Source: a virus. From it: a stretch of DNA of 64,000 bases. Both the position numbers and the translations under genes were made by a program. Positions 18,910-28,581 of the stretch are shown here, one piece after another. The notes under the pieces were generated by a model, which saw only the letters and a list, made by a program, of their open reading frames with translations, was not told the origin of the DNA and ran no database searches. Where the stretch lies: IMG/VR virus record IMGVR_UViG_3300037264_007554, positions 1-64,000 of that record; one strand, written 5' to 3'. Position 1 is the first letter of the stretch, and each line of letters starts with the position of its first letter.

Positions 18910-19196
18910 TACTGGCGCTCTTCGTGCTTTCGGGTGCGGTCGTGCTGCTGCTGGGATGGGGGTACAACGACGCCCGGCTCATCCGCCAGTTATTTCAGCG
19001 GATCGAGCGCATGGAAGCGATCGTGGCCGACGCGCGCCCGGATTTACTCGCGGCGGTGCCTAAGCCGCAGGCCGCGTTGCCCGCGGCGTCCAGGTTTTGT
19101 GGAATCCCGCACTGCATCGGGGCTGCTTCTCCCATCTGCCCGGCACTGTCCTGCGCGAAGTGCTGCCGGAAGTACTGCCCGGTGCATGACAAATAA
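18906..19196 (+). CDS. Small TM protein with Cys-rich C-terminus
   Basis: MILALFVLSG..., multiple Cys/His. Confidence 0.55.
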   Translation: MILALFVLSGAVVLLLGWGYNDARLIRQLFQRIERMEAIVADARPDLLAAVPKPQAALPAASRFCGIPHCIGAASPICPALSCAKCCRKYCPVHDK

Positions 19197-19202
19197 TATT
19201 TG

Positions 19203-19232
19203 TTGACGCGGAAGAGGATCTTAAATAAGAAT
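19203..19232 (+). promoter_or_regulatory. Promoter with TCTTAAATAAGAA element (copy 1)
   Basis: TTGACG-N17-TAAGAAT; same layout at 26279. Confidence 0.65.
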
Positions 19233-19249
19233 CACCGGACAAGGAGGAA

Positions 19250-19468
19250 GTGATGAATGATCTTGATGAGACGATCGATGATGTTTCAGCGGACAAAATT
19301 TCACCGGAGAAAGGGACAGCGCTCGCGCTCTTGAGTCTCGCGAAGTCCGCACGGGACTATCTCGAATTCCTTGGATGCAATGCCGAGCCAAGCGGCCATC
19401 TGGACGCCTACGTTGAAAAGATTGCAGACGCGCTGGGCTATATTTCCGACGCGTTGGACAAAGAATGA
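19250..19468 (+). CDS. Small acidic hypothetical protein
   Basis: AGGAGG RBS. Confidence 0.65.
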   Translation: MMNDLDETIDDVSADKISPEKGTALALLSLAKSARDYLEFLGCNAEPSGHLDAYVEKIADALGYISDALDKE

Positions 19469-22023
19469 AGCCCCTCAAACCGCTCCCCCACCAAGCCGAA
19501 GCCGTCTCGCTCGTCGTTCCCGGCCTGCGCAAGCACGGCCGAGGGCAGGTCATCATGGCCTGTGGCACCGGCAAGACCTTGATTGGGCCGCTCGTGGCCG
19601 ACAAGCTCGGGGCCAAGACCCAACTCGTCTTCGTACCGTCTCTGTTGCTTGCGAGGCAGCTTCTCAACGTCTACCGGCGGCAGTGGCCCCAGGCTTCGTA
19701 CTTAGCCGTCTGCTCGGACATAGATAAAGTCGCGACCGAGGACGCTCCGGCCGTGGACGACGTCGGGTGCGAGGCCACGACCGACAGCAGGATGGTCGGG
19801 CGGTTCTTGAAGGCGCGCGGCCGCAGAGTCGTCATCGCGACGTATCAGTCAGGCCAGGTGCTCCACGGCCGAAAGTTCGACTTCGCCGTTTTCGACGAAG
19901 CTCACCGGACGGCAGGAGCGAAAGGCAAGCCGTTCGCGTTCGGCCTGCACGACAAGAACATCCGCTGCGAACACCGGCTGTTCATGACCGCGACGCCGCG
20001 GCACGCGGAGATCGTCTCGGAGGAGGGTGAGACCGAAGAGGTCTACTCGATGGACGACTCGGCTGTGTATGGGCCGGAGTTGCACAAGCTGTCGTTCAGA
20101 AAGGCGATCGACCTGGGGTTGATCGTCAACTACCGGATTGTTGTGTCGGTGTTCAAGCTGCCGAAGAATCCAGGGGCGACCGCAACCCAGATCGCTCTCC
20201 GTCAAGCCATGTCCAGGTACGGAGCCTCGAAGGTGTTCACGTTTCACAACACCATCGCCAAGGCTGCAACCTTCATCGAGTCGGCGAGCGCGCTGCGTGG
20301 GGTGCATCTGTCGCACGTCAACGGCATGCAACCCAACGCCGAGCGTGCACTGGCGCTACGTGAGTTTGCCAAGGCAGACCAGGCGATCATGTCGAACGTC
20401 CGGTGTCTGACCGAAGGTGTGGACCTCCCGAGCTGCGACATGGTCGCGTTCATGGACCCGAAGGAAAGCATGGTCGAGATCGTCCAGGCCATCGGTCGGG
20501 CGATGCGGACGAGCCCTGGGAAGAAACGGGCGTTGATCTTCCTGCCGATCTTCGTGCAGGAGAAGGACGGCGAAGATCTAGAAGCCGCCACTCGACGGAC
20601 AGGCTTTGCAAAACTGCACGAGATTCTTCAAGCCGTGCAAGAACAAGACGAGACGATGGCAGCGCGTCTCGGGGAGATCCGGAGCGGCGAGCGGACGGAG
20701 CTACCGGAGAACGTCGAACTCAATATTGAAGAGGAGAGCTTCCGAGGCGCGTCGCAGGGGGTTGTGGAGCGGATCCGGAAGTACGTGACGGTGCGTATGT
20801 TGAAGCCGTTCAAGTTCGGAATGACGGCGCAGGAGAAAGACAAAGAGCTATTCAGAATGGCGCAAGCACAGCTACCGCGCCCCCGAACCTATGCAAGAAA
20901 AAATGTGAGAGAAGTTACTCTCGGCCACAGACTATTGAATCTCCAAAAACAGCGCAATCCTACTTATTTAGAATTGATCCGTATTTGTCCTATGTGGCAC
21001 AACGCAAGATGGACAAATGTACAGAGTAAAGACGCTGAACTACTCAGAATGGCAAAAGAGGGGTCAGCACGCCCTACAGAAAAAAACCAGGATAACGAAC
21101 ACACAAAAGCATTAGCACGGCGCCTGCGCGTTATGCACAACAGTAATTCGTCAATATACGCAGAAATAATAAGAGCGTGTCCTGCGTGGGATCCAAGAAT
21201 GCGGAGACAGTTGTTCATCGAAAAAATCTTAACGATGATCGCCGCGGGTAAGAGTGTGCGGGCGCTAACAAGAAAAGAACGATCATTTTTGATTCACTTA
21301 CTCGCTCCACCTTACGATGGTAGCGATAGACATTTGGTTCTTAAAACGCAAATTACCAAAGCAGGAGGCGTCACTTGGCTACCTCAAGTTGGACGTAAAG
21401 AGATAATCAAACGAAGAGATGAGGCGGACAAACTCAGTCTTATTCAATGGGCTGAAGCCGGAAAAAAGCCGTATCAACTCTCAAGAGATCCAGAGGAGCG
21501 TCGCTTGTCTTCGTTGTTTTGGAAATTGATTAACCCGAAAAACAGAAAATACGACGTTGTTTTTACCCAGAAGATGAAGCAGTTGGCGCCTTTGTGGTTT
21601 GTGCGAGGTAGCTCTATGAGGATGAATGCACTCAATGAAATACGAGAACTCATAAAAGCAGGTGTACGAGTCTCATATTCAAAAGTCAGATATTATGTTG
21701 CGCCCTCGTCTCCTGGGTACGATTCGGCTTTTCGTGCAGAAATAGCAAAAACCTCGCCTCAATCGCTCCTCAAGACGCCGATGTCAAGCAAACAAAAACG
21801 CATGACGCGGCTTGCTGGTAGATACATGGGAATGCTTCGGGCACACAGAAAAGGGTCAATTATCTATCGTGATGCTAGGGGTATTGTGGTGCGTGATGGA
21901 GTTCTTGCAGGTATTGAATTCCTTTTGAGGCACAAGCTGCCGCCAGAACAACAGCACGCCGCTTCTCGACAATACGATCGAGTAAAGAAAAAAGCTGAAT
22001 ACGCAGCGATTGTGAAAAAGTAA
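19465..22023 (+). CDS. Superfamily 2 (ResIII-like DEAH) helicase with repeated helical C-terminal domains
   Basis: MACGTGKT, FDEAH, MTATP, LTEGVDLP, QAIGRAMR. Confidence 0.9.
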   Translation: MKPLKPLPHQAEAVSLVVPGLRKHGRGQVIMACGTGKTLIGPLVADKLGAKTQLVFVPSLLLARQLLNVYRRQWPQASYLAVCSDIDKVATEDAPAVDDVGCEATTDSRMVGRFLKARGRRVVIATYQSGQVLHGRKFDFAVFDEAHRTAGAKGKPFAFGLHDKNIRCEHRLFMTATPRHAEIVSEEGETEEVYSMDDSAVYGPELHKLSFRKAIDLGLIVNYRIVVSVFKLPKNPGATATQIALRQAMSRYGASKVFTFHNTIAKAATFIESASALRGVHLSHVNGMQPNAERALALREFAKADQAIMSNVRCLTEGVDLPSCDMVAFMDPKESMVEIVQAIGRAMRTSPGKKRALIFLPIFVQEKDGEDLEAATRRTGFAKLHEILQAVQEQDETMAARLGEIRSGERTELPENVELNIEEESFRGASQGVVERIRKYVTVRMLKPFKFGMTAQEKDKELFRMAQAQLPRPRTYARKNVREVTLGHRLLNLQKQRNPTYLELIRICPMWHNARWTNVQSKDAELLRMAKEGSARPTEKNQDNEHTKALARRLRVMHNSNSSIYAEIIRACPAWDPRMRRQLFIEKILTMIAAGKSVRALTRKERSFLIHLLAPPYDGSDRHLVLKTQITKAGGVTWLPQVGRKEIIKRRDEADKLSLIQWAEAGKKPYQLSRDPEERRLSSLFWKLINPKNRKYDVVFTQKMKQLAPLWFVRGSSMRMNALNEIRELIKAGVRVSYSKVRYYVAPSSPGYDSAFRAEIAKTSPQSLLKTPMSSKQKRMTRLAGRYMGMLRAHRKGSIIYRDARGIVVRDGVLAGIEFLLRHKLPPEQQHAASRQYDRVKKKAEYAAIVKK

Positions 22024-22024
22024 G

Positions 22025-22906
22025 ATGGGCACAGAAAAATTCCGCGACATCAACTTCCGCCCGGCCGCGCGGGCGAAAATCGTCCAGATGGAAGCCATCA
22101 TCGACGAGTACCAGCAGCAGGGCCTGCGGCTGACGGCCCGGCAGCTCTACTACCAGTTCGTGTCCCGCGACCTGTGCCCCAACCTCCCGGCCGAGTACAA
22201 GAAGCTGACGGCCCTGCTGACCGACGCCAGGTACGCCGGGATGATCGACTGGGAAGCCATCGAGGATCGCGGCCGCGAGCCGTCTGTGCCCCTCGAATTC
22301 ACGGACTTGGCGCACCGGGTGGACTCCGCGATGAGGAACTACCGGCTGCCGCGCTGGGAAGGGCAAGATAAGTACGTCGAGTTGTGGGTGGAAAAGCAAG
22401 CCCTGGCAGGTGTGCTCGAACCGCTGGCGAGCCAGTTCCACGTGACTCTGATGGTGAACAAGGGGTATTCGTCCGCGTCGGCCATGAAAGAGAGCGCAGA
22501 CCGTATCCGGTCGGCCTGCGCCAACGACGAACTTCCGGCCGACATCTTCTACCTGGGCGACCATGACCCCTCCGGCGAAGACATGGTGCGGGACATCGGC
22601 ACGCGTCTGGAAGAGTTAGGTGTCAGCGACTTGCGCGTTAACAAGATCGCCCTCACGACGGCCCAGATCAAGAAGTACAAGCCGCCACCGAACCCGGCCA
22701 AGCTGACCGATCCCCGGGCCGCGGCGTACATCGCTCTGCACGGAAACAAGTCCTGGGAGGTCGACGCGCTGCCGCCGAACGTCCTGGCCGGGCTCATCAT
22801 GGCCGCATTCAAGGCCGTGATCGACCAAAACAAAATGGACGCCGTGATCGAGAAAGAAGAGTCGGACAAGGAGCGGCTGCGGAAGGCCGTCGGGAAGATC
22901 AAGTGA
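22025..22906 (+). CDS. TOPRIM (topo VI-A/DUF2399-like) domain protein
   Basis: TARQLYY, WVEK, GDHDPSG, EVDAL. Confidence 0.8.
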   Translation: MGTEKFRDINFRPAARAKIVQMEAIIDEYQQQGLRLTARQLYYQFVSRDLCPNLPAEYKKLTALLTDARYAGMIDWEAIEDRGREPSVPLEFTDLAHRVDSAMRNYRLPRWEGQDKYVELWVEKQALAGVLEPLASQFHVTLMVNKGYSSASAMKESADRIRSACANDELPADIFYLGDHDPSGEDMVRDIGTRLEELGVSDLRVNKIALTTAQIKKYKPPPNPAKLTDPRAAAYIALHGNKSWEVDALPPNVLAGLIMAAFKAVIDQNKMDAVIEKEESDKERLRKAVGKIK

Positions 22907-23472
22907 AGGATCATGATCGCAATAGGGAGCGGGAGGTCTACTTGGAGAGTCTAGGCTTCAAGGACGGCCCTTTTGTGAAGGCTATAGGGGCTCAATTCAA
23001 GGCGCGCCAGGTCGCGGACGGAACCAATCGCACTGGGGTGGCTTTTAGAATGCCGCACAATGATGAAGTCATTAATACATTGAGAGTAGGAGTAGCAATG
23101 GAAACTACAGGAAATATGCTCAAAGCCATAAATATAGAAGTGGAAGAATCTAAAAAGATTCTTGAATCACTGGCCAACGAGATCCACGCATTGTCCATCA
23201 TAGTTGGTCCGGCGTTGCTCAATCAGGCTAAGGAACTCAGATCTGCCCGGATGGTCGTCGTCAACGAAGTACGTGACTCGTTGTCCTCCCTTCGGGATGT
23301 CAGGAAGTTCTTCCTCGAATCCGATTACAAAATCGAGATCGAGCGTCTTGAGAAGTTCGTCAAGGTCTGCAAAGAAATTGAAGAACTGAAAAAATCGGGG
23401 GTGTTCGACGCTGTTTGCGATTCAGCGTTACGGCTCGCAATACAGGAGAAACCTGACAATGATAAAGGGTAA
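22903..23472 (+). CDS. Hypothetical coiled-coil protein
   Basis: Coupled ORF. Confidence 0.6.
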   Translation: MKDHDRNREREVYLESLGFKDGPFVKAIGAQFKARQVADGTNRTGVAFRMPHNDEVINTLRVGVAMETTGNMLKAINIEVEESKKILESLANEIHALSIIVGPALLNQAKELRSARMVVVNEVRDSLSSLRDVRKFFLESDYKIEIERLEKFVKVCKEIEELKKSGVFDAVCDSALRLAIQEKPDNDKG

Positions 23473-24223
23473 AGCGTTACGAAGGGCTCTTGCAACAAAC
23501 GACGCACATCGTGTGTCCACGGATCTGCCGCTCATCACTGATACGACAGAGCTAATCTCACCCGAAACCGCCTATGAAATGCTCCTCAAGAACAAGAACA
23601 ACCGCCCTATCAACTGGAAGAAGGTTGAGGAATACGCCGTCAACATGAAGAACGGCGCATGGGAGCTTCACGCCCAAGGAATCATTCTCGACAAGGACGG
23701 GAACGTACTGACTGGACAAAAACGGCTGTGGGCCGTCATCTACAGTAACGCGTCGGTCCACATGAGGGTGAGCCGCGGTAGTCCTACCAGCTCTGCCAAA
23801 CTGATCGATCGGCACACGCCTCAATCCGCACGCGATTTGGCCTCCCGGGGAACGGGAGAGAAACACTCGCCCGTGGAAACCAGTCTGGCGCGGGGGATCC
23901 TCGTATCGAAGGGAAACCTGCGGCCTTCAACGGATGAACTTGCACAAGCAATCGAGATCAACGCCGTGATGGCCAAAGCCGTCCTCGAAAAAACGGTCGG
24001 TACAAAGAAAACCAAAGCGGTGTTAATGCTGTTGGCGGCTATCTGCGCCTCCGGCGTCAGCACGACAATCGCGCAAGCGCTTACCCAGCAACTTGAAAAC
24101 ATGGCAAGTGATCTCGAAACGTCCCTCCAACCTCAGAGTGCTGAAGGTTGTTGGGGGAGAGGGGCGGCCTTTAGCCTGGCGATGGCTCAAGCACGCAAGA
24201 TCGTCGCAGCAAGGCGGGGATGA
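23459..24223 (+). CDS. ParB/Srx-like domain protein
   Basis: ISPETAYEML..N.NNRP...LTGQKRLWA (degenerate DGQHRL). Confidence 0.7.
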   Translation: MIKGKALRRALATNDAHRVSTDLPLITDTTELISPETAYEMLLKNKNNRPINWKKVEEYAVNMKNGAWELHAQGIILDKDGNVLTGQKRLWAVIYSNASVHMRVSRGSPTSSAKLIDRHTPQSARDLASRGTGEKHSPVETSLARGILVSKGNLRPSTDELAQAIEINAVMAKAVLEKTVGTKKTKAVLMLLAAICASGVSTTIAQALTQQLENMASDLETSLQPQSAEGCWGRGAAFSLAMAQARKIVAARRG

Positions 24224-24486
24224 AAACGGAAACGAGACGCATCTCCGTCACGGCCGACGACATCGCGGCCGGAGTCCCGCATGACTGTTCTCGCTGTCCG
24301 GTCGCTCGGGCAATCTACCGTGAGACGAACAGATACACGTACGTCGTGCCGCAAGAGGGCTACATCTACGTGAACGGCCAGGCAGCGTCGAGCGTCCCGA
24401 GTATGCTGTCCTGGGCAGAGTCGTTCGACGAAGGCAAGCCAGTACAGCCGCTCGCTTTCGATCTGACCTACTGGGAACACCCATGA
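24220..24486 (+). CDS. Hypothetical phage protein
   Basis: Coupled; CPVARA. Confidence 0.6.
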   Translation: MKTETRRISVTADDIAAGVPHDCSRCPVARAIYRETNRYTYVVPQEGYIYVNGQAASSVPSMLSWAESFDEGKPVQPLAFDLTYWEHP

Positions 24487-24743
24487 CCCCCGCCATCGAA
24501 CGCCGCATCCAGAAGCTCTTCATCGCGGTCGCTGGGCTACTCTACGTGCTCCTGTCGGCGTTCACGGGGATCTTACCTCCGGATGATAAAAGGACGTTCG
24601 AGGAAAAATTCACTCCCTGGCACCCCTGGCTCGCGCTGTTCTGCCTGCTCGCGGCGCTCGTGGCCGTGTACATTCTCGGGATCATCACGGGGTACGAAGA
24701 GGAGGAGCGGGCGAAGGTAGCCGAGAGGACGCTGCGGACATGA
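24483..24743 (+). CDS. Two-TM membrane protein
   Basis: Two hydrophobic helices. Confidence 0.6.
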   Translation: MTPAIERRIQKLFIAVAGLLYVLLSAFTGILPPDDKRTFEEKFTPWHPWLALFCLLAALVAVYILGIITGYEEEERAKVAERTLRT

Positions 24744-24961
24744 GCCCACTCGCCGAAGCGCTGCTCTCGACGTTAATCCCCATGGGGATCTACGCGGTGG
24801 CACTATGCCTGTGCGTGCGTTCCGCCGTCCGGCGGGCCCGGCAGGACGCTACTCAGGAAGAGAGAAGCCACTGGGTTCGGTTTTTGCATTCTCATCCCGA
24901 GGTCAACGCCAAAACTTTTCTCGACCGGCTGAGACAAGAAATGAACAAAAGGAACAACTGA
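24740..24961 (+). CDS. Small TM protein
   Basis: Coupled. Confidence 0.55.
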   Translation: MSPLAEALLSTLIPMGIYAVALCLCVRSAVRRARQDATQEERSHWVRFLHSHPEVNAKTFLDRLRQEMNKRNN

Positions 24962-24963
24962 AC

Positions 24964-25176
24964 ATGGGAAAAAGCGCACACATCCGAGCGAGGAGACGCC
25001 GTCGGGCCAGACTGAGCGGCCGCCTGGGCGAAGAACGAGTCGCCCGCCGAGCGGCGCGGGACGCTCAACAACTGGCCGGTCGCGAGAACTACTTGTTTCG
25101 TAGGACTGCCGAAAAGTTAATGGAGCAGGGCCGCCGAGCCTACGTGAACACGCTGCCCAAGGCGTCAGCGCCTTGA
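24964..25176 (+). CDS. Small basic protein
   Basis: MGKSAHIRARRRR. Confidence 0.5.
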   Translation: MGKSAHIRARRRRRARLSGRLGEERVARRAARDAQQLAGRENYLFRRTAEKLMEQGRRAYVNTLPKASAP

Positions 25177-25466
25177 TCGGCTGGCAACGCTGCTTCCGGC
25201 GCCGCCGGAAGGCGGAGAGAGAAGCAGCCATCGAGCGCGCGGCCGCGGCGCTCCGGGGTGACGACCCGCCAGTGCCTCCTATGTTCCTACCGGTAAGAAC
25301 GCCAGAATGCCGTACCTGTGGAAGTCCCATCGTGGGAGCGCACACAGTCGCAAGTTTCACCGAGTTCTTTTGCAAGAAATGCCTGACGCCGGAAAAAGAC
25401 GAGCCGCTGCCCGACTTCAACGATCGTCAGTGGTACACGACCACGAACATGAAAGGTGAAAAATGA
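25173..25466 (+). CDS. Small Zn-ribbon protein
   Basis: CRTC...CKKC. Confidence 0.5.
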   Translation: MIGWQRCFRRRRKAEREAAIERAAAALRGDDPPVPPMFLPVRTPECRTCGSPIVGAHTVASFTEFFCKKCLTPEKDEPLPDFNDRQWYTTTNMKGEK

Positions 25467-25732
25467 AAGACGCGGACGCGCCATGTGAAGTCTGTGGACT
25501 GATCGAGCGGCACACCGACGACTGTGTCATCGGTAAGCTCCTAGTCGCGCTCGCCGAGGAGAGGGCCGCGGTCGCCGAGCACAAAGCCGCACGCGACAAA
25601 CTGGAGGCGGTACTAGGAGAAATCAGCGACGACGATTGGGATACGATCTCAATTCTGAGTGAGTGGAAGAAACGCCGCGACGCTGCCCTTGCGCGCGTCA
25701 AGAAGCGCACGTCGAAGAAAGCACCGCGATGA
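25463..25732 (+). CDS. Hypothetical protein
   Basis: Coupled. Confidence 0.55.
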   Translation: MKDADAPCEVCGLIERHTDDCVIGKLLVALAEERAAVAEHKAARDKLEAVLGEISDDDWDTISILSEWKKRRDAALARVKKRTSKKAPR

Positions 25733-26304
25733 CCACCTCCACCTACGGCCCCGGCCGGTTCGAGTCGGCTTCCCGAAAAATCTTCGACGCCCTGCACCCG
25801 GATCCGGCCGCGCTGGATCTGCACGACATCGCGATCAGCTTAGGCAACATCTGCCGCTTCGGCGGCCACATCCGGGCCTTCTTCTCAGTAGCTGACCATT
25901 CCCGCTTCGTCGCGCGGATCTTGGAAACCCGCGGCGAGCCTCCGATCGTCCAGCTCGCCGGGCTGATGCACGACGTCGTCGAGATCATCACCGGGGATGT
26001 GATTTCCCCCATGAAGGCCATCTACGGCGAGAACTTAGAGGAAGTCGAAAATCTGTGGACGCCCGTGGTCGAAGCCTGGATCGGCCTGCCGGTGCGCGCG
26101 ACGTGGGCCCGGCCCGTGAAAACCGCCGATCTGGCCGCGTACTGCATCGAGACCAGAGAATTGCGCGGTTGGCTCCCTCCAGGGGCAGGCGCATATCCGT
26201 CTGAATCCCTCTACTGGGAGACACCTAACGGCCCGTACGTCTCCGGAGTCCTCTGGCGCGAAGCCGTGAAGAAAAAACTTGACGAGTTGGCGGCTCTTAA
26301 ATAA
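25729..26304 (+). CDS. HD-domain phosphohydrolase (YfbR-like 5'-deoxynucleotidase family)
   Basis: CRFGGH...SVADHS...LMHD..E..TGD. Confidence 0.85.
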   Translation: MTTSTYGPGRFESASRKIFDALHPDPAALDLHDIAISLGNICRFGGHIRAFFSVADHSRFVARILETRGEPPIVQLAGLMHDVVEIITGDVISPMKAIYGENLEEVENLWTPVVEAWIGLPVRATWARPVKTADLAAYCIETRELRGWLPPGAGAYPSESLYWETPNGPYVSGVLWREAVKKKLDELAALK

Positions 26305-26308
26305 GAAT
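26279..26308 (+). promoter_or_regulatory. Promoter with TCTTAAATAAGAA element (copy 2)
   Basis: TTGACG-N17-TAAGAAT upstream of an AGGAG RBS. Confidence 0.65.
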
Positions 26309-26324
26309 CGAGGCAGGAGAAAAC

Positions 26325-26615
26325 ATGGGCAAAGACAGCAAGAAAAAAGCACAGCGGGCCGAGAACGGCAAGGACGCAGAGATTGTCAAGCTCGAAGCCG
26401 AGCGGACAGGGATCAAGACGCTGCTCATAGAGTCCGAGCAGAGGTGCTCCCGCTTGAGCGACGAGAACACCACGCTCAAGACCGAGCGGACAGGGATCAA
26501 GACGCTGCTCATAGAATCCGAGCAGAAATGCTCCCGTTTGAGCGACGAGAACACCGCACTCAAGGCCAAGGTGGACGCCATCGCCAGCACCATCTCGGAG
26601 CCCCCCACCACATGA
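26325..26615 (+). CDS. Coiled-coil protein with a duplicated 28-aa unit
   Basis: ERTGIKTLLIESEQ.CSRLSDENT.LK x2. Confidence 0.7.
   Translation: MGKDSKKKAQRAENGKDAEIVKLEAERTGIKTLLIESEQRCSRLSDENTTLKTERTGIKTLLIESEQKCSRLSDENTALKAKVDAIASTISEPPTT
26398..26565 (+). repeat. 84-bp tandem duplication (in frame)
   Basis: Two near-identical units starting at 26398 and 26482. Confidence 0.9.
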
Positions 26616-26788
26616 AGCTCTCCACCCGGATCAAGAAACTGCTCTCCGGCGGCCTGCGGCCGGAGGATCTGGCCGTCAAGCTCAACGTCTCTCTGGCGAC
26701 GATCTACCGCTGGAAGACGGACCCGCCCAAGCGGCCGATGCGGTCGCTGATCGCGGCCCTCGACGAGCTGGAAAAGAGGCGGGCGTGA
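26612..26788 (+). CDS. Small Cro-like HTH protein
   Basis: EDLAVKLNVSLATIYRW. Confidence 0.8.
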   Translation: MKLSTRIKKLLSGGLRPEDLAVKLNVSLATIYRWKTDPPKRPMRSLIAALDELEKRRA

Positions 26789-27333
26789 GCGAAGAGATAT
26801 TCAGACGCGGTGTTTTCGCCGCAGCCTCCGGCGCACCCAAAGACGCCTCTCATGAACAGCAGCTCGCGTGCATTTGGCTCATGGGCTACGACAGGGCCGA
26901 GTACCACCGTCAGCGCGGCCTCGACCCCCTCGGCAAGCCCCCGCGCGTCCCCGGCCTCTGCGCCCGCGACGTCAGGAAGGTCTGCAACTGCGCCGACAGC
27001 ACCCGGGCCGAATGCGTGCTGCCGGTGTACCCGGCACCCCGAAAAAACCTCTCGCCGCGTCATCTTCTCTCGAACTTCCTTCGATCTTCCTTCGACTTCC
27101 TTCGATCTTCCAGCACTGTAGCCACCCCCGGCGTCCCGAAGGCCCGCGTGCACTACACGATTCGAGAGGGCGATGACGCGCCCTTGATCTGCTCCCAGTG
27201 CAACATGGAAACGGACGCGCTGGCGACGATTCCGATCGAGGCGAAACTGGAAGGCAGCGGCGGCAAGGCCGCCTGGATCGGCCTCTGCCGAACGTGTGTG
27301 GATAACTTGCTGCGGGGGTTTAACGCCCCATGA
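26785..27333 (+). CDS. Cys-rich hypothetical protein
   Basis: Coupled; CSQC...LCRTC. Confidence 0.55.
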   Translation: MSEEIFRRGVFAAASGAPKDASHEQQLACIWLMGYDRAEYHRQRGLDPLGKPPRVPGLCARDVRKVCNCADSTRAECVLPVYPAPRKNLSPRHLLSNFLRSSFDFLRSSSTVATPGVPKARVHYTIREGDDAPLICSQCNMETDALATIPIEAKLEGSGGKAAWIGLCRTCVDNLLRGFNAP

Positions 27334-27908
27334 CCAACCGGATTTCCCGCGGCAGCTACAGCGTAGGCATCGATCGCACAACGGTGCACGACTACAGCAG
27401 AGGCAGCAGCGGCGGTGTCCCAGGCGCAAGAATCGATCTCCAAGGTCCGGGCGGATCCGGGAATTTCGAGGTGTCCTTGGACTTCTTGGCCGCGATGGCG
27501 CGCGAATTCTACGACGTCTGTGCGCTGCCGGAGCAGGCGGCTGCGATGCCCAGGCCGCGGCCGGAGCAGCCTCTCGTACTCGTCACGCCGGTAGACCACG
27601 CGACCTGGATCGATCGGGCGATGTACATCCACAAGGCCCTGCGCGAGCGCAAGCTCGAATGGGCGACCGAAGGCATCCCCAAAGTCGCGACGCTCAAAAC
27701 CGATATGCCGGGCCGATGGGACACGCACGACATCACGGCGGCCATCCACGACTTCGGCATGGCGTCGTTCTGGCAAGTCTCTTACGGAAGCTCGGTCGTC
27801 GCAGGTAGCGAAGCGTCCTTCGAGATGGCGTTCGTGGCCGCGAGCGAGGAAGTGCTCAAGATCTTCGACACCCAGGCCGAAGGCGCGAAAGAGACGCTGC
27901 AAACATGA
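27330..27908 (+). CDS. Hypothetical protein
   Basis: Coupled, high GC3. Confidence 0.65.
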   Translation: MTNRISRGSYSVGIDRTTVHDYSRGSSGGVPGARIDLQGPGGSGNFEVSLDFLAAMAREFYDVCALPEQAAAMPRPRPEQPLVLVTPVDHATWIDRAMYIHKALRERKLEWATEGIPKVATLKTDMPGRWDTHDITAAIHDFGMASFWQVSYGSSVVAGSEASFEMAFVAASEEVLKIFDTQAEGAKETLQT

Positions 27909-28231
27909 AAGAGACGAGCACGTACTGCGATCAGTGCCTCGAAAACAGCAGCAAAGCGTTCGCGCATCGGATCTGCGAAATCTGTGGATGCGACTGCTGT
28001 GACGAACATATGTCGCCGGTAATTCCGCAACTGCCTCTTCCCTACCGCATCAGGCGGAAACGCGAGGCTTGTGCACGCTGCGCAAGAATAATGCTGGGAA
28101 CGCCGCTCCGTTCTCAAGATCCTCCGCCAGATCTATTAGCTGTCCTCCACTCGATGCAAGACAAAATCTTCGAGAGGATACGAGCAGATGTCGCCGCGGA
28201 AGCTCTAGCTGCGAAGGCGTCGAAGTCATGA
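27905..28231 (+). CDS. Zn-finger (B-box-like) paralog A
   Basis: CDQC..CEIC..DCC.EH..CARC. Confidence 0.7.
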   Translation: MKETSTYCDQCLENSSKAFAHRICEICGCDCCDEHMSPVIPQLPLPYRIRRKREACARCARIMLGTPLRSQDPPPDLLAVLHSMQDKIFERIRADVAAEALAAKASKS

Positions 28232-28581
28232 AAGAGACGAGCACGTACTGCGATCACTGCCTCACGAGCAGCGGCAGAAGGGTTGCGACGGCCGTCTGCG
28301 TGATCTGCCAGGCGGATTGTTGCGCCGACCACATGTCCGGAGCGCTTCCGCGACTGGCAGCGCCTTACTTTCAATCCAGCCAGCGTCAGATCTGCGCACC
28401 CTGTGGAGCTACATCCAGCCAGATCATCCCTGAACCTCCGCCAGATCTCGAAGCAGCTTTGACAGCCTGGCAAGACAAGATCATCGAACAGATCCGGGCG
28501 CGCATCGCCGCAGCGGCCTTGGCCGCGAGCGAAAACCGCCCACCAAACGCCTGGGGCGTCCCCAAGTGGCCCACGAAATGA
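28228..28581 (+). CDS. Zn-finger (B-box-like) paralog B
   Basis: Same MKETSTYCD start as paralog A. Confidence 0.7.
   Translation: MKETSTYCDHCLTSSGRRVATAVCVICQADCCADHMSGALPRLAAPYFQSSQRQICAPCGATSSQIIPEPPPDLEAALTAWQDKIIEQIRARIAAAALAASENRPPNAWGVPKWPTK

Noticed and set aside
22025-22906. Wadjet (JetABCD) system
   Set aside because: A TOPRIM protein is present, but no SMC/JetABC genes.
27075-27110. Short TTCCTTCGATCTTCC direct repeat
   Set aside because: In-frame 21-bp micro-duplication inside a CDS; no sign of function.
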